Shown here piece by piece: positions 41,648-53,046 of a stretch of 64,000 bases of DNA (its first letter is position 1; each line of letters begins with the position of its first letter). The notes under the pieces are model-generated. The model did not search any database and was not told where the DNA came from. It was given only the letters and a program-made list of their open reading frames with translations. The translations under genes and the position numbers were made by a program. Source of the stretch: Candidatus Krumholzibacteriota bacterium (GTDB lineage: Bacteria > Krumholzibacteriota > Krumholzibacteriia > JAJRXK01); assembly GCA_963806035.1 (NCBI GenBank), contig CAWDWO010000036.1, positions 1 to 64,000 of the forward strand, in the 5' to 3' direction.

Positions 41648-42423
41648 ATGTCGACCCAAGCAGAGAACGAGCGCATGTCGGACGAGCCGGATCAAAAGCA
41701 AGATCCTCCTGCGAACTCGTCGAGTTCACCTTTCTACAAGTCGCCCGGCTGGTTGGGCCTTTTGCTCGCGCTGATCGTCTTGGGCGGGCTCGGCTTCCTT
41801 CTCGGCCACAATTTCCCGCGCCTGCGGCTCTTCATCGAGAGTCTGGGACCGTGGGGCCCTCTCGCGTTCCTGGGCCTCTATCTGGTGCTGGCACCGTTCT
41901 TCTTTCCTCTGTCCATTCTCGATCTCAGCTGCGGCGCCATGTTCGGGGTGGAAAGGGGATTTGAGATTTTGATCATCGCCAGCGGGCTGGCCGCACTGGA
42001 GATGTATGTAGGCTCGCGTTGGCTCTTCGCTCAGCGTGTGGAGCGTTTCATCCAGGCCCGGCCACGATGGCGGCGCATTTATGCACTGGCCGGACTGAAG
42101 GACTGGAAAATTCTCGCCCTGTTGCGTCTCTCCCCCACCAACTTCGCGGTGGTCAACTACATGCTGGGGCGGCGCGCGTGAGCTTCACGCGCTACATGGT
42201 CACCTGGCTGATTCTCGTGCCCAAAGCGCTTCTGCACGCCGCGATCGGGCATGCGCTCTATCGCCTGGGACAGGCCTCTCCCGGCTCGGACGCTCTCGCG
42301 AAATCCGAGACGGCATTTCTCGTCGTGGGCTTGGTGAGCATCCTCTTGCTCGTCGCCATTCTGAGCCGTCGGATCCGGCGCGCGCTGGAGGAAATCGCGC
42401 AGCGCAGGAAGATCTCCTCCTGA
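41648..42423 (+). CDS. VTT/TVP38 (DedA superfamily) membrane protein; indel near 42165
   Basis: SLGPWGPLAF, GAMFG, LLRLSP, NYMLG; continues in the next frame to TGA 42423. Confidence 0.78.
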
Positions 42424-42463
42424 GATTCTCGACCACTTTTGGCATGAGGAAGCGGGAAACGAG

Positions 42464-43492
42464 TTAGCGCTTGTTCCACTGCGCCCGGTGCTGCAGGCCC
42501 AGATTCAGGATCCGGGTCAGCAGAGTGTCGTACTTGATTCCGGCCTGCAGGGCGGATTCCGCCAGGAGGTCATCGTAGGCGAGGTCGGGATTGGGGTTGA
42601 CCTCGATGAGGTGGATCCCGCCCTCATCGTCCAATCGTAAATCGAGCCGGGCATAACCGGAGAGCCCGAGGATACGATAAACCCTCTTGCCCAAACGCGA
42701 TATTTTCTCCACGAGTTCGGGAGAGATGTTGCGAGCCGCCTTGATGGCGATCCCCATTTTCTTTTGGTAAACCACGTCCCATTTCGCTTTGGAAGTCGCG
42801 ATCCGGTGAGTGCCCTCCGGCACTTTCTTGAACACCATCTCCCACGGAGGGAAAGTCTGCAGGCGCTGATTACCCAGCACACCCAGGTAAAGCTCGCGAC
42901 CATCAACGTATTCCTCGACGATCGCATCCGTTCCCACACTCTCGTGGATGAAGCGTACGCGTTCCTTGAGCTTCGCTTCGTCCTCCACCACGGAGGCCTG
43001 GGAGATACCAAAGGATGCGTCCTCCACCTGGGACTTCACGAAGAGCGGGTAACGCATCCTGCGTGGTGGGCGGATCTTCCGGTTCATGGGAAAGACTTCG
43101 AAGCGCGGACCCGGCACTCGATGGTAGGCGAGAATCTTGCGGCACAAGCCCTTGTCGTGGGCCAACATGAGGCCTCGCGGATTGCAGCCGGTATAGGGCA
43201 TTCTCCGCAGCTCCAGGTAGCTCACTACGTGTTGGTCGTAAACGGCCTCGCCGTGAAATTCTTCGGTCAGATTGAACGCGATGTGCGGCTCATGTTGGTC
43301 GATGGCTTGCCGGATCACGCCCAGGTCGTCGCGCACTCCGACCACGGTCACTTCGTGTCCCAACTTTCGCAGGGTGGAGACCACGTCGTATTCAGTGCGC
43401 CATGGTTCCATGGCGTCGGGATCGTCCGCGGGCAAAACGTCCGGCGGGACGAGATCCTCGTGGCAGAGGACGATGATTCTGAGGCGTTTCAT
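42464..43492 (-). CDS. D-Ala-D-Ala ligase-like ATP-grasp enzyme
   Basis: PYTG, HDK, PLFVK, EEYVDGRE, GYARLDLR, IEVNPNP. Lacks the canonical Ddl N-terminal GGxSxEHEVS. Confidence 0.88.
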   Translation of the reverse strand: MKRLRIIVLCHEDLVPPDVLPADDPDAMEPWRTEYDVVSTLRKLGHEVTVVGVRDDLGVIRQAIDQHEPHIAFNLTEEFHGEAVYDQHVVSYLELRRMPYTGCNPRGLMLAHDKGLCRKILAYHRVPGPRFEVFPMNRKIRPPRRMRYPLFVKSQVEDASFGISQASVVEDEAKLKERVRFIHESVGTDAIVEEYVDGRELYLGVLGNQRLQTFPPWEMVFKKVPEGTHRIATSKAKWDVVYQKKMGIAIKAARNISPELVEKISRLGKRVYRILGLSGYARLDLRLDDEGGIHLIEVNPNPDLAYDDLLAESALQAGIKYDTLLTRILNLGLQHRAQWNKR

Positions 43493-44580
43493 ACCAGTAT
43501 TCTATGCGGAACCCGGTGGAGAAAGTTCATGGTTTGTACGGTGACCAGCGTGGTCGCGTCACTCAGAGTTCTCTTCTCCGATTCACGAAGACGCAACTTC
43601 TGGCTCTTGCATCGCTCGATCATGTCACGCAGGACGAGATCGACGGTGTACTGATACTCTCCCGTCCAGCGCGACACCTGCTCGCGAATTCGGCGCCGGT
43701 GGCGTCGCAGGAAAACCGCGGCGGACATGCGTCGCGCGTGACGCGGTTCTTCGGAAAACAGCCTTCTCAGATCGCGCGTGTAGACGTCGGGACTCTGACT
43801 GCCGTAAGTCTCCTTCTTTGCCTCATAGTACTCCCTCAGCGTATAGCGCAGCGATTTCAACGGTTCGATGTGCCGTTTGGAGCGCACCAGCGCGGGTTTG
43901 CCCTGGATCTTCGCCATGGTGTCGTGCACGTAGCGAAGTTTGAGGAGAGCGGGCCAACCCCGGTAAGATTTCCGCCAACGTGAATTCGGCTTCAACCAAA
44001 CGGCGAAGGTCTCTGCGAAATCCTCAGCGGGGTGAGCCTGGGCGTACCACCAATCCAGGTGCAGAACGTATCGCTTCGAATGGGCGCGAGGCAGATAGCT
44101 CTTGGGATAGGGCGTACCCATGGGCCCGAAAGTCCTACGCCAGCGCCGCGAGTAGTGAAGCCGGTACGCGGTGCAGACACAGTGACCCGTTTCGTGACGC
44201 ATCAGTTTCATGCATTCGCTGGCCGTGCCGCCTTCGACCTCCAACATCATCTTCTGTTCGAGGCGCTTGAGACGATCGTGGGCGAGATAGAAGGGGACGC
44301 CGAAGCCTGGAATACCGTCGGGACTAAACCACTCGTGCGAAAACCAGACGTGAGGCCGCAGGCGAATTCCCTTGTCGGCGAGCTCCTCGTAGAGCCGCTC
44401 CAGACGTTCCTGAATGGGAGTGTCCTGAATTCTGAGGCCCAGATCGCAGAGACGGAGATCCAAGAGTTCGCGATCGCTGTAGTTCACCCACCAGGGCTCG
44501 CGCCGGCGCTTCTTGCGAGCGCCCGTGCGTTTGCGCGCAGCTGCGGCGAGGAGATCGAATCGAGCGGATGAATCTGCCAT
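43489..44580 (-). CDS. Putative zinc-binding metallopeptidase
   Basis: RHETGH (HExxH) and YAQAHPAEDFAETFA; ATGA overlap with the ATP-grasp gene. Confidence 0.85.
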   Translation of the reverse strand: MADSSARFDLLAAAARKRTGARKKRRREPWWVNYSDRELLDLRLCDLGLRIQDTPIQERLERLYEELADKGIRLRPHVWFSHEWFSPDGIPGFGVPFYLAHDRLKRLEQKMMLEVEGGTASECMKLMRHETGHCVCTAYRLHYSRRWRRTFGPMGTPYPKSYLPRAHSKRYVLHLDWWYAQAHPAEDFAETFAVWLKPNSRWRKSYRGWPALLKLRYVHDTMAKIQGKPALVRSKRHIEPLKSLRYTLREYYEAKKETYGSQSPDVYTRDLRRLFSEEPRHARRMSAAVFLRRHRRRIREQVSRWTGEYQYTVDLVLRDMIERCKSQKLRLRESEKRTLSDATTLVTVQTMNFLHRVPHRILV

Positions 44581-44702
44581 GACCCCAAGTCTCGGTCATG
44601 CCTTGCCGTTACGTCAAGGAACATGGATCTTTCCTACAGCGCTCGTGGGACTTGAGTTAAGATGAATCGGTCGCGGTCAGCGGCCAAGTTCCCCAGAGAT
44701 CC

Positions 44703-46672
<1,970 letters not shown>

Positions 46673-46679
<7 letters not shown>

Positions 46680-46795
46680 GGCGGCGTCCTGAGAGGGACG
46701 TCCCGAGAGCGGACGGCCTGAAGGGGGCGGCCCGCGCGAGAAAGTTCCGAGTGAGAAGGTCCTGAGTGAGAAAGTCCTGAGTCAGACATCCTCGG
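46673..46795 (+). repeat. Degenerate 13-15-bp tandem repeat (core GTCCTGAG) spanning the acs stop
   Basis: About nine units, e.g. GTCCTGAGTGAGAAA, GTTCCGAGTGAGAAG, GTCCCGAGAGCGGAC. Confidence 0.6.
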
Positions 46796-46896
46796 ACTTC
46801 TTCTGTGCGGTCTGGCACGTGCAGTCTGGTTGCGGGAGCCGAAGGGACGAGAGTCGGACCAGTGTCACGATTTCTAGCCGGCTATAAAATCTAAGT

Positions 46897-46905
46897 TGTT
46901 ATAAT
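46897..46905 (+). promoter_or_regulatory. Extended -10 element in an AT-rich tract
   Basis: TGTTATAAT (TGn-TATAAT). Confidence 0.5.
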
Positions 46906-46931
46906 AAAATCTGTTAGAGAAGATTTTTCGA

Positions 46932-47048
46932 GTCTACCCGGGACCACAAGTTCGGGCCCAAGGCAGTGTACCCGGGACCAGGGGTCCAGGCCGACAGGCG
47001 TCTACCCGGGTACACAGATCAATCTCCGAACTTGTGTAGCCGGCTACA
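46932..47048. repeat. Four 15-bp quasi-palindromic repeats at exact 34-bp period
   Basis: GTCTACCCGGGACCA (46932), GTGTACCCGGGACCA (46966), GTCTACCCGGGTACA (47000), GTGTAGCCGGCTACA (47034). A related copy, TTCTAGCCGGCTATA, lies at 46872. Confidence 0.75.
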
Positions 47049-47243
47049 AAACTGGAAACACCGAAGCCGTGGATGCCCCGGGCCGAGTCCCGGAACGCCA
47101 GATTCTCCTCCGGCGCTGTCCACCCAACCCTCCTCGGGCCGTGCCGAAGCGTGATTTTCTTGCGAAGCCCGGCGAAGCTCTTCTACGCTCTCCCCTGAAG
47201 CTGAGATCTGCGCTTCTCCCTCAACTTGGCAAGAGTGTTTGCA

Positions 47244-48242
47244 ATGAGAAGCCGCCAGCACGCAATCCTCGGCCGGCTCGGCCGGCCTGCGGGCTCCCGG
47301 CGGGCCTTCCTCGGGCTGCCAGGCTCCCCACAGGCCTTCCTCGAACAGCCGGGCTCCCGGCGGGCCTTTCTGCGGCTCGCGATCCTCGGGCTCGTAACTC
47401 TCGGGTTCTCGTCGGTGGGCTGCGCCCCCTCGCCCGGCTTCGTCCCCTCCACGAAGGACCTGGTGGAAGGGCACTACGCGACGGCGGCGCGCATGAAGAC
47501 GCGGGACACTGCGACTCCCGACTCTCTCATCGTGGTTTCCTACAACATCCAGTACGGCGACCACATCCCTCTCGCCGCCAAGGATCTCTGCTCGAACCGG
47601 CGCCTGCGCGCGGCCGATCTCATTTTTCTGCAGGAAATGGATCCGACCGGCACCCGCACCCTGGCCCGCGAGCTGGGATACGACTTCGTCTACTTCCCCG
47701 CCTCACGGCATCCCAAGCACCATCGCCTCTTCGGAAATGCCATCCTCTCGCGCTGGCGTATTTTCAACCCTCGCCTGGTGCTGCTGAGTCACGAGGGACT
47801 ACTAGCGGGAACCCAGCGGGTAGCGGTCCTGGCCACCATCGACCTGGGACGGCTGCACTTGAGGGTCGCCAACGTCCACACCACCACCATCATCACCCCG
47901 CGCGAGCAACGCCTGCAGCAATTCGACGAAATCTTGCGCGAGTTCCCGCCGGCCGCTTCTTTGGCCTTGGTGGCGGGAGACTTCAATACCGTCAGCGGCA
48001 ACGACACGGCGAGGCTCAGGGACATGTTCCGCCGCAGCGGCTTTCGCATGGCGCGCTTGCCCGAAGGGCCCAGCATTCGCACGCGCCACGCGGCGCTTCT
48101 CGATTCGATGCCGGTGCTCGACCACATTTTCTACCGCGGTCTCAGCTTTGCATCGGCGGGAATTCAGAGCACCGCGAAAGCCAGCGACCACTATCCGATC
48201 TGGGCTGTCTTCGCACTTCCCAATGAGAACCATAGGCGGTAG
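47244..48242 (+). CDS. Endonuclease/exonuclease/phosphatase (EEP) family lipoprotein
   Basis: VVSYNI, LQE, GNAILSR, VAGDFN, LDHIF and SDH motifs; SRRAFL twin-arginine motifs and an SSVGC lipobox. Confidence 0.88.
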   Translation: MRSRQHAILGRLGRPAGSRRAFLGLPGSPQAFLEQPGSRRAFLRLAILGLVTLGFSSVGCAPSPGFVPSTKDLVEGHYATAARMKTRDTATPDSLIVVSYNIQYGDHIPLAAKDLCSNRRLRAADLIFLQEMDPTGTRTLARELGYDFVYFPASRHPKHHRLFGNAILSRWRIFNPRLVLLSHEGLLAGTQRVAVLATIDLGRLHLRVANVHTTTIITPREQRLQQFDEILREFPPAASLALVAGDFNTVSGNDTARLRDMFRRSGFRMARLPEGPSIRTRHAALLDSMPVLDHIFYRGLSFASAGIQSTAKASDHYPIWAVFALPNENHRR

Positions 48243-48344
48243 CGACACCGCTGGACGCTCTTTGCCACTCCCTGAAATGGAACAGTAGAGGTGGCCGCTC
48301 CGCAAAGCCGCCGCGCGCGAAACCTCGGGCGAGTCTTTCGGCAA

Positions 48345-48998
48345 CTACGCGAGTGAGAGTCCGCCCTTGCGCAGGTGAAAGCTCTCCGCGTAGCCATCCC
48401 GGGCGTGGCACTCCATTCCGCGAACTCTGGCCAGACCGCGAAAGAGCTCCTCGTCGAACCAGTCCTTCTTGCTCTGCGAAGGAAAGCAGCGCATCAGGTG
48501 CTCGACCTTGGCGTCCATGGTGGCGCGCTGCAGCGGCACGTAGAGGTTGGGCCTTCCCAGATCGCCGTCGTACTTGGGGATCTCGAACTCGAGGACGAGA
48601 TGGTTGCGGAAGGTGTTCCAGCAGAGCTCGTTCACCAGACGGTGATCCTGGTGCAGCTCATCGCGAGTATGAGTGAAGATGAGATCGGGCTCTGCTTCGC
48701 CCTTCAGCTCTTCGAAGCATCGTTTCACCGACTCACCGGCGTAGGGAAGAAAACCGTCTTCGAAATCGTGGAAAATGGTCCGCAGCGAACTCGCATCCTT
48801 TCCGAAGGACTCTGCTCCCGCCAGCGCCTCGGCTCGACGCGCACCGCCCGCGGCAAACACCACCCACAGGAGCTGTACCTCATGGCGCTCCGCAAGCATC
48901 TGAAGCAGAGTTCCGCCACAGCCGATCTCGATGTCGTCGGGATGAGCGCCGAGACACAAGACCTTCAGGGGCCCCTTGGGCAAATCCAGATGCTTCAT
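48345..48998 (-). CDS. PIG-L family deacetylase
   Basis: GAHPDDIEIGCGG and HQDH motifs. Confidence 0.88.
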   Translation of the reverse strand: MKHLDLPKGPLKVLCLGAHPDDIEIGCGGTLLQMLAERHEVQLLWVVFAAGGARRAEALAGAESFGKDASSLRTIFHDFEDGFLPYAGESVKRCFEELKGEAEPDLIFTHTRDELHQDHRLVNELCWNTFRNHLVLEFEIPKYDGDLGRPNLYVPLQRATMDAKVEHLMRCFPSQSKKDWFDEELFRGLARVRGMECHARDGYAESFHLRKGGLSLA

Positions 48999-49011
48999 GA
49001 CCTTCCTCGAT

Positions 49012-49809
49012 TCAACGCGGTCCCATGGGAGCGCGCTTCTGGGCCCAAACCTGCCAGGGCTTGTCGCCCGAGCGAACCATGGCCTCGAGCATCTGGCGAT
49101 CCTTGAAGGTGTCCATGCACTCCCAGAATCCGTCATAGTTGTAAGTGGCCAACTGCCGTTTCTCGATGAGACGCTGGAAGGGGGCCGTCACCAGATCGTC
49201 GCCCTCCCGCATCTCCTCGAAGATCTGCTGCTTCAGGACGAAGTAGCCACAGTTGATCCGAGTCGCCTCGTCCACCGGTGAGATCCGGGTGACGCTTCCG
49301 TCGGGATCGGACTCCACCACGTGAAAAGTCGCGGTGGGACGGACCGAGAGGAAGGTCGCAACCCTGTCCTGCTCTTTGGCAAAATCGAGATATTGGTTGA
49401 GGTCGAGATCGGTCAGGCCATCGGTGTAGTTGGCGAGAAAGACTTCCTCCCCCTCCAAGTGCGGTTGGACCGCTTTCAGACGCTCTCCGATCTTGGCTTC
49501 GATCCCCGTATCCACGAAAGTGATGGTCCAATCCTCGACGTCCTGATTGAAGAGCTCGATCCGCCGGCCGCCATCGGAAAGAATGAAGTCGTTGGACATA
49601 CACTCCTCGTAGTGCAGGAAGTAGTCCTTGATGACCTCGCCCTTGTAACCCAGGCACAGAATGAACTCCTTGTGTCCGTAATGGGCGTAGTAGCGCATGA
49701 CCTGCCACAGAATCGGATGCTTCCCCACTCGCACCATCGGCTTGGGCAGATCTTCAGAATAATCCCGAAGACGCAACCCCAATCCGCCGCAAAACAAGAC
49801 AACCTTCAT
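49012..49809 (-). CDS. rfbF: Glucose-1-phosphate cytidylyltransferase
   Basis: LFCGGLGLRL, PKPMV, LCLGYKG, VDTG, FWECMDT. Confidence 0.88.
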   Translation of the reverse strand: MKVVLFCGGLGLRLRDYSEDLPKPMVRVGKHPILWQVMRYYAHYGHKEFILCLGYKGEVIKDYFLHYEECMSNDFILSDGGRRIELFNQDVEDWTITFVDTGIEAKIGERLKAVQPHLEGEEVFLANYTDGLTDLDLNQYLDFAKEQDRVATFLSVRPTATFHVVESDPDGSVTRISPVDEATRINCGYFVLKQQIFEEMREGDDLVTAPFQRLIEKRQLATYNYDGFWECMDTFKDRQMLEAMVRSGDKPWQVWAQKRAPMGPR

Positions 49810-49863
49810 GATCTCATTCCTCTGCTTTGCTCGAGACCGTTTCGCGTGCGTGCACCGACGGTC

Positions 49864-51180
49864 TCAGCCTCGTCGCCGATCCACCGGTTTCACCGATCGT
49901 CCTTGCAGGTATCGATCCACTCCATCGCTCAGGGCCTTGGCGTAAACCTCCAGGGCACCCTTGACAGCTTCGACCGTGCGATCGATGTCGCTGTCCCGGT
50001 GGGAGTAGGAAACGACGAAGGAGGGACCCAAAATTCCCCGCTTGATGATCTCCTGCATGAAGAGAGTGCGAAACTCCTGCGAGCGGTTTCCGCTCTCGTC
50101 CTTCGTGATGTACACCAGGTTGCAGTCACGTCCGCCAACACCGAAATGGTCGCCGAGGCCCATTTCCTTCACGATTTCCTCCACCCCTTCGCGCAGTCTC
50201 TTCCCCTGACGATGAAGAGTGCCGACCACGTCTTCGCGGCGGTAGACTCCCAACACCGCCAGGCCGGCCGCGAGGGCGTGGGTCTCCGCTCCGTGCGTGG
50301 TGGAGAGTAGAAACACCCGGTCGCGATCGTGCTCGTACCCACCCAGTTCCATGATCTCACGCTTTCCCACCAATGCCGAGAGCGCATATCCATTCGACAT
50401 CGCCTTGCCGAAACACGAGAGATCCGGGTCGAGACCATAGCTCTTCTGGGCTCCTGGCACCTCCCAGCGAAACCCCGTGATCATCTCGTCCAGAACGAAG
50501 AGCGTCCCGTTCTTGCGGCAGAGCTGCTGCACGCGGGTGAGAAAATCGTCTGCCGGGGGAGTTTCCCTCTCGGCCTCCATGATGAGAGCCGCGATTTGCC
50601 CGGGATTCTCTGCGAACAGCTTTTCCACGCTCTGGATGTCGTTGTACGAAAAGGGAAGACTGAGCCGGGAGATCGCCCCCGGGATCCCAGAGTTCAGCTC
50701 GGTGGTTCCCATGAACCAATCTTCGTAGGAGAAGAAGGGATGATCCTGGCAGAAGGCGACCTTCTCGCGGCCGGTGTGCGCCCGCGCCAGGCGAACCGCC
50801 GCCGCCGTCGTCGTGGAACCGTCCTTGCAGAATTTCACCATCTCCGCCCGGGGCAGAAAACCGAGTAGCGACTCCGCGAACTCGACCTCCAGATGCGAGG
50901 GGCGGGTGAAGTTCGAGCCCGCTCCGAGCTGCTTGTGCACCGCCTCCACCACTTCCGGGTAGGCGTGGCCCAGGGTTACCGCCCGCAGACCCATTCCGTA
51001 CTCGATGTACTCATTTCCATCGACGTCCCAAACGTGACAGCCACTTCCCCGTTCGATCATCCCCGGCGCTTGCTCGGGATACTGATCGTCACCCTTGGAG
51101 TAGGTATGACACCCTCCGGGGATGAGTTGATGCGCCTTCCGGCTGAGTTCCTTGGAACGGCGGAATCGATCACCGCTCAT
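49864..51180 (-). CDS. Class III PLP aminotransferase (glutamate-1-semialdehyde aminomutase-like)
   Basis: IPGGCHTYSKG, WDVDGNEYI, LDEMITGFR, CFGKAMSNG. Confidence 0.88.
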   Translation of the reverse strand: MSGDRFRRSKELSRKAHQLIPGGCHTYSKGDDQYPEQAPGMIERGSGCHVWDVDGNEYIEYGMGLRAVTLGHAYPEVVEAVHKQLGAGSNFTRPSHLEVEFAESLLGFLPRAEMVKFCKDGSTTTAAAVRLARAHTGREKVAFCQDHPFFSYEDWFMGTTELNSGIPGAISRLSLPFSYNDIQSVEKLFAENPGQIAALIMEAERETPPADDFLTRVQQLCRKNGTLFVLDEMITGFRWEVPGAQKSYGLDPDLSCFGKAMSNGYALSALVGKREIMELGGYEHDRDRVFLLSTTHGAETHALAAGLAVLGVYRREDVVGTLHRQGKRLREGVEEIVKEMGLGDHFGVGGRDCNLVYITKDESGNRSQEFRTLFMQEIIKRGILGPSFVVSYSHRDSDIDRTVEAVKGALEVYAKALSDGVDRYLQGRSVKPVDRRRG

Positions 51181-51181
51181 G

Positions 51182-52501
51182 TCAATCCTCCCTGCGCAGC
51201 AAGGCGTGTTCCTCTAGCACTTGCGCCATTTCGACCAGCAGACTGCGCTCGTGCCCCGAAAGCTCTTCGATGTCCCTCAGCGAGTGTAGCCCGTCGGAGT
51301 AGTTCAAAAGCCAGAGCATGGCTGACTCCCGTTCGCTCTTGCCCCGGTGGCCTCCGAGGAGCGTGTACAGTCCCCTCCGGCCCAACTGGGGTTCACCCTC
51401 GGGAAGCAAGTTTTTGTAATAGCTGTTCTCTTCCAGCTCCCCGCAGATTCTCAGCAGGAGTTCGAGAGCCTCACTGAGACTGTCTTCGCTGATGAAGGCG
51501 AGATCGTCGCCCGAGGTATGGTATTCGGGGTAGCTTCCCCAGGGCGTGCGCGAGAGGCGCCCCACCGGCAAAGCGAAGCCCGGGGAGTTGTATTGGCGCT
51601 CGTCATATCCGTCCGGACTGAAGTCGAAGATCCGGTGGTCCTCGCCGGATTCTCGCAGCACGCGCCCCACGATTCGATCCATCTCGGCCACGCCGGCGCG
51701 GCTGCGCTTGTAGGTGAAAGCGCCGCGATCACCGACCCCCGCCACGATGAGGCCGCCTCGAATGAGACTCAGAAGCTCCTTGTTGCGCGCGAGAAAAGCG
51801 ATGGCTCCCACCGTCCCCGGAGCGAAAAGGAAACGATAGGTGAAGCGGCGCGGACGTTCCGCCAAGTGCCAGGCCAGACTGCGCGCCACCACCAATCCGG
51901 AGAGGTTGTCGTTGGCCAGGGAGGGATGACAGGCGTGCGCGGAGATGAGGATTTCTTCTTCTCGCCTTCCCGGCAACACGACCTCGCCGTAGCTCAGGCT
52001 CCCGTCCTTTAGGCTCGTATCGATGAAGACCTCGTATTCTCCCTCGGGCAGGCGTTCGCGCTGCCGGTGGGTCAAGCAGAACCCCCAGTTCTCCTGGTAG
52101 TACGAGGTTTTCCATGGGATCCAATCCGGCTGCTCGGGCAGCGAATACAAGTGCTCTTGGAGCTTGTTCAGCGGCATGCGCTCGTGCATCGGGATCGAGT
52201 AGCTCATCAGATGCAAGTTGCAGCGCGCGTAATCGACGACCTTCTCGCCATCGGGTCCCTTGATCCAGGCCTCTTTGCAGTTCCACTCCTTGGGCACGGT
52301 CCAGTCGAGGATCGGGGTGCCGCTCTTCACCTCGTGCAGATGAAAGGGAAGCCCCTCTCCCAAACGGTTCAGAGTGGCGCGCAGTCCCTCCCCGGTGATG
52401 GACCGGGCCAGAGGATACAGTTCGGTCGCGAGCGCGTGCATTGCACGACCCTCGTCTTGCCGTCGAACGAGCGACCACTGCATTGCTCGCGCCTGGTTCA
52501 T
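51182..52501 (-). CDS. DUF4910 aminopeptidase-like polysaccharide-biosynthesis protein with C-terminal winged HTH
   Basis: RSITGEG, DWTVPKEW, HPSLANDNLSG, DERQYNSPG, YPEYHTS. Confidence 0.85.
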   Translation of the reverse strand: MNQARAMQWSLVRRQDEGRAMHALATELYPLARSITGEGLRATLNRLGEGLPFHLHEVKSGTPILDWTVPKEWNCKEAWIKGPDGEKVVDYARCNLHLMSYSIPMHERMPLNKLQEHLYSLPEQPDWIPWKTSYYQENWGFCLTHRQRERLPEGEYEVFIDTSLKDGSLSYGEVVLPGRREEEILISAHACHPSLANDNLSGLVVARSLAWHLAERPRRFTYRFLFAPGTVGAIAFLARNKELLSLIRGGLIVAGVGDRGAFTYKRSRAGVAEMDRIVGRVLRESGEDHRIFDFSPDGYDERQYNSPGFALPVGRLSRTPWGSYPEYHTSGDDLAFISEDSLSEALELLLRICGELEENSYYKNLLPEGEPQLGRRGLYTLLGGHRGKSERESAMLWLLNYSDGLHSLRDIEELSGHERSLLVEMAQVLEEHALLRRED

Positions 52502-52503
52502 TC

Positions 52504-53046
52504 TCAGCCCTTCTTCACCGGATGGTAATCGGGATAGTTCGCGTCTCGTTCGTTGATCAGCTCGATCTCGATGGGCAATTCGATTCCAAAGGCCGGATCG
52601 TTCCATCGGACTCCGCGCGCATGATCCGGCGCGTAGGCATGCGAAAGTTGATAGAACACCACGGTGTCGTCCGTGAGGGTGATGAAGCCGTGATAGCAAC
52701 CCTTGGGGATGTAGAGTAGACGACGGTTTTCCTCGCTGAGTTCGATCCCGAAGTGCTTCAGGTAGCTGGGAGAATCCGGCCTCAGATCGAGACAAAGGTC
52801 GTACAGCGATCCCTTTTCACAGCGAACGAGCTTGGTCTCCTGGTGAGGCGCGAGCTGGGCGTGGAGTCCGCGAAAGGTGCCGCGCTTCAGATTCCCGGAG
52901 ATGTTGCACTGTTCGATCTGAGGATCCAGGCCGTGCTCTTCGAACTCCTTCCGGCAGAAGGAGCGCGCGAAAAAGCCCCGCTCGTCCACGTGCTTCTGCA
53001 ACTCGATCCAGTATGCGCCCTCGACTGGAGTGGGATGGATGGTCAT
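52504..53046 (-). CDS. rfbC: dTDP-4-dehydrorhamnose 3,5-epimerase family protein
   Basis: DERGFFARSF, GTFRGLH, KLVRC, YIPKGCYHGF, WNDP. Confidence 0.88.
   Translation of the reverse strand: MTIHPTPVEGAYWIELQKHVDERGFFARSFCRKEFEEHGLDPQIEQCNISGNLKRGTFRGLHAQLAPHQETKLVRCEKGSLYDLCLDLRPDSPSYLKHFGIELSEENRRLLYIPKGCYHGFITLTDDTVVFYQLSHAYAPDHARGVRWNDPAFGIELPIEIELINERDANYPDYHPVKKG

Noticed and set aside
42464..43492. Housekeeping ddl
   Set aside because: Canonical Ddl N-terminal motifs are missing and there is no cell-wall gene context.
46932..47048. CRISPR or TIGR array
   Set aside because: The 15-bp repeats and 19-bp spacers are too short for CRISPR, there are only four units, and no cas or Nop-domain gene is in the window. 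The adjacent nuclease-family gene encodes an exported lipoprotein. Kept only as an unexplained array.
46860..47050. Chromosomal oriC
   Set aside because: I found no TTATCCACA DnaA boxes, and there is no dnaA, dnaN or gidA context.
47227..47243. Sigma54 promoter TGGCAAGAGTGTTTGCA before the EEP gene
   Set aside because: The spacing is GG-N11-GC and the site abuts the start codon, leaving no room for a transcript leader.
49864..51180. hemL heme-biosynthesis gene
   Set aside because: It lacks the HemL PGGVNSPVR N-terminal motif and sits inside a sugar operon, so no gene symbol was given.
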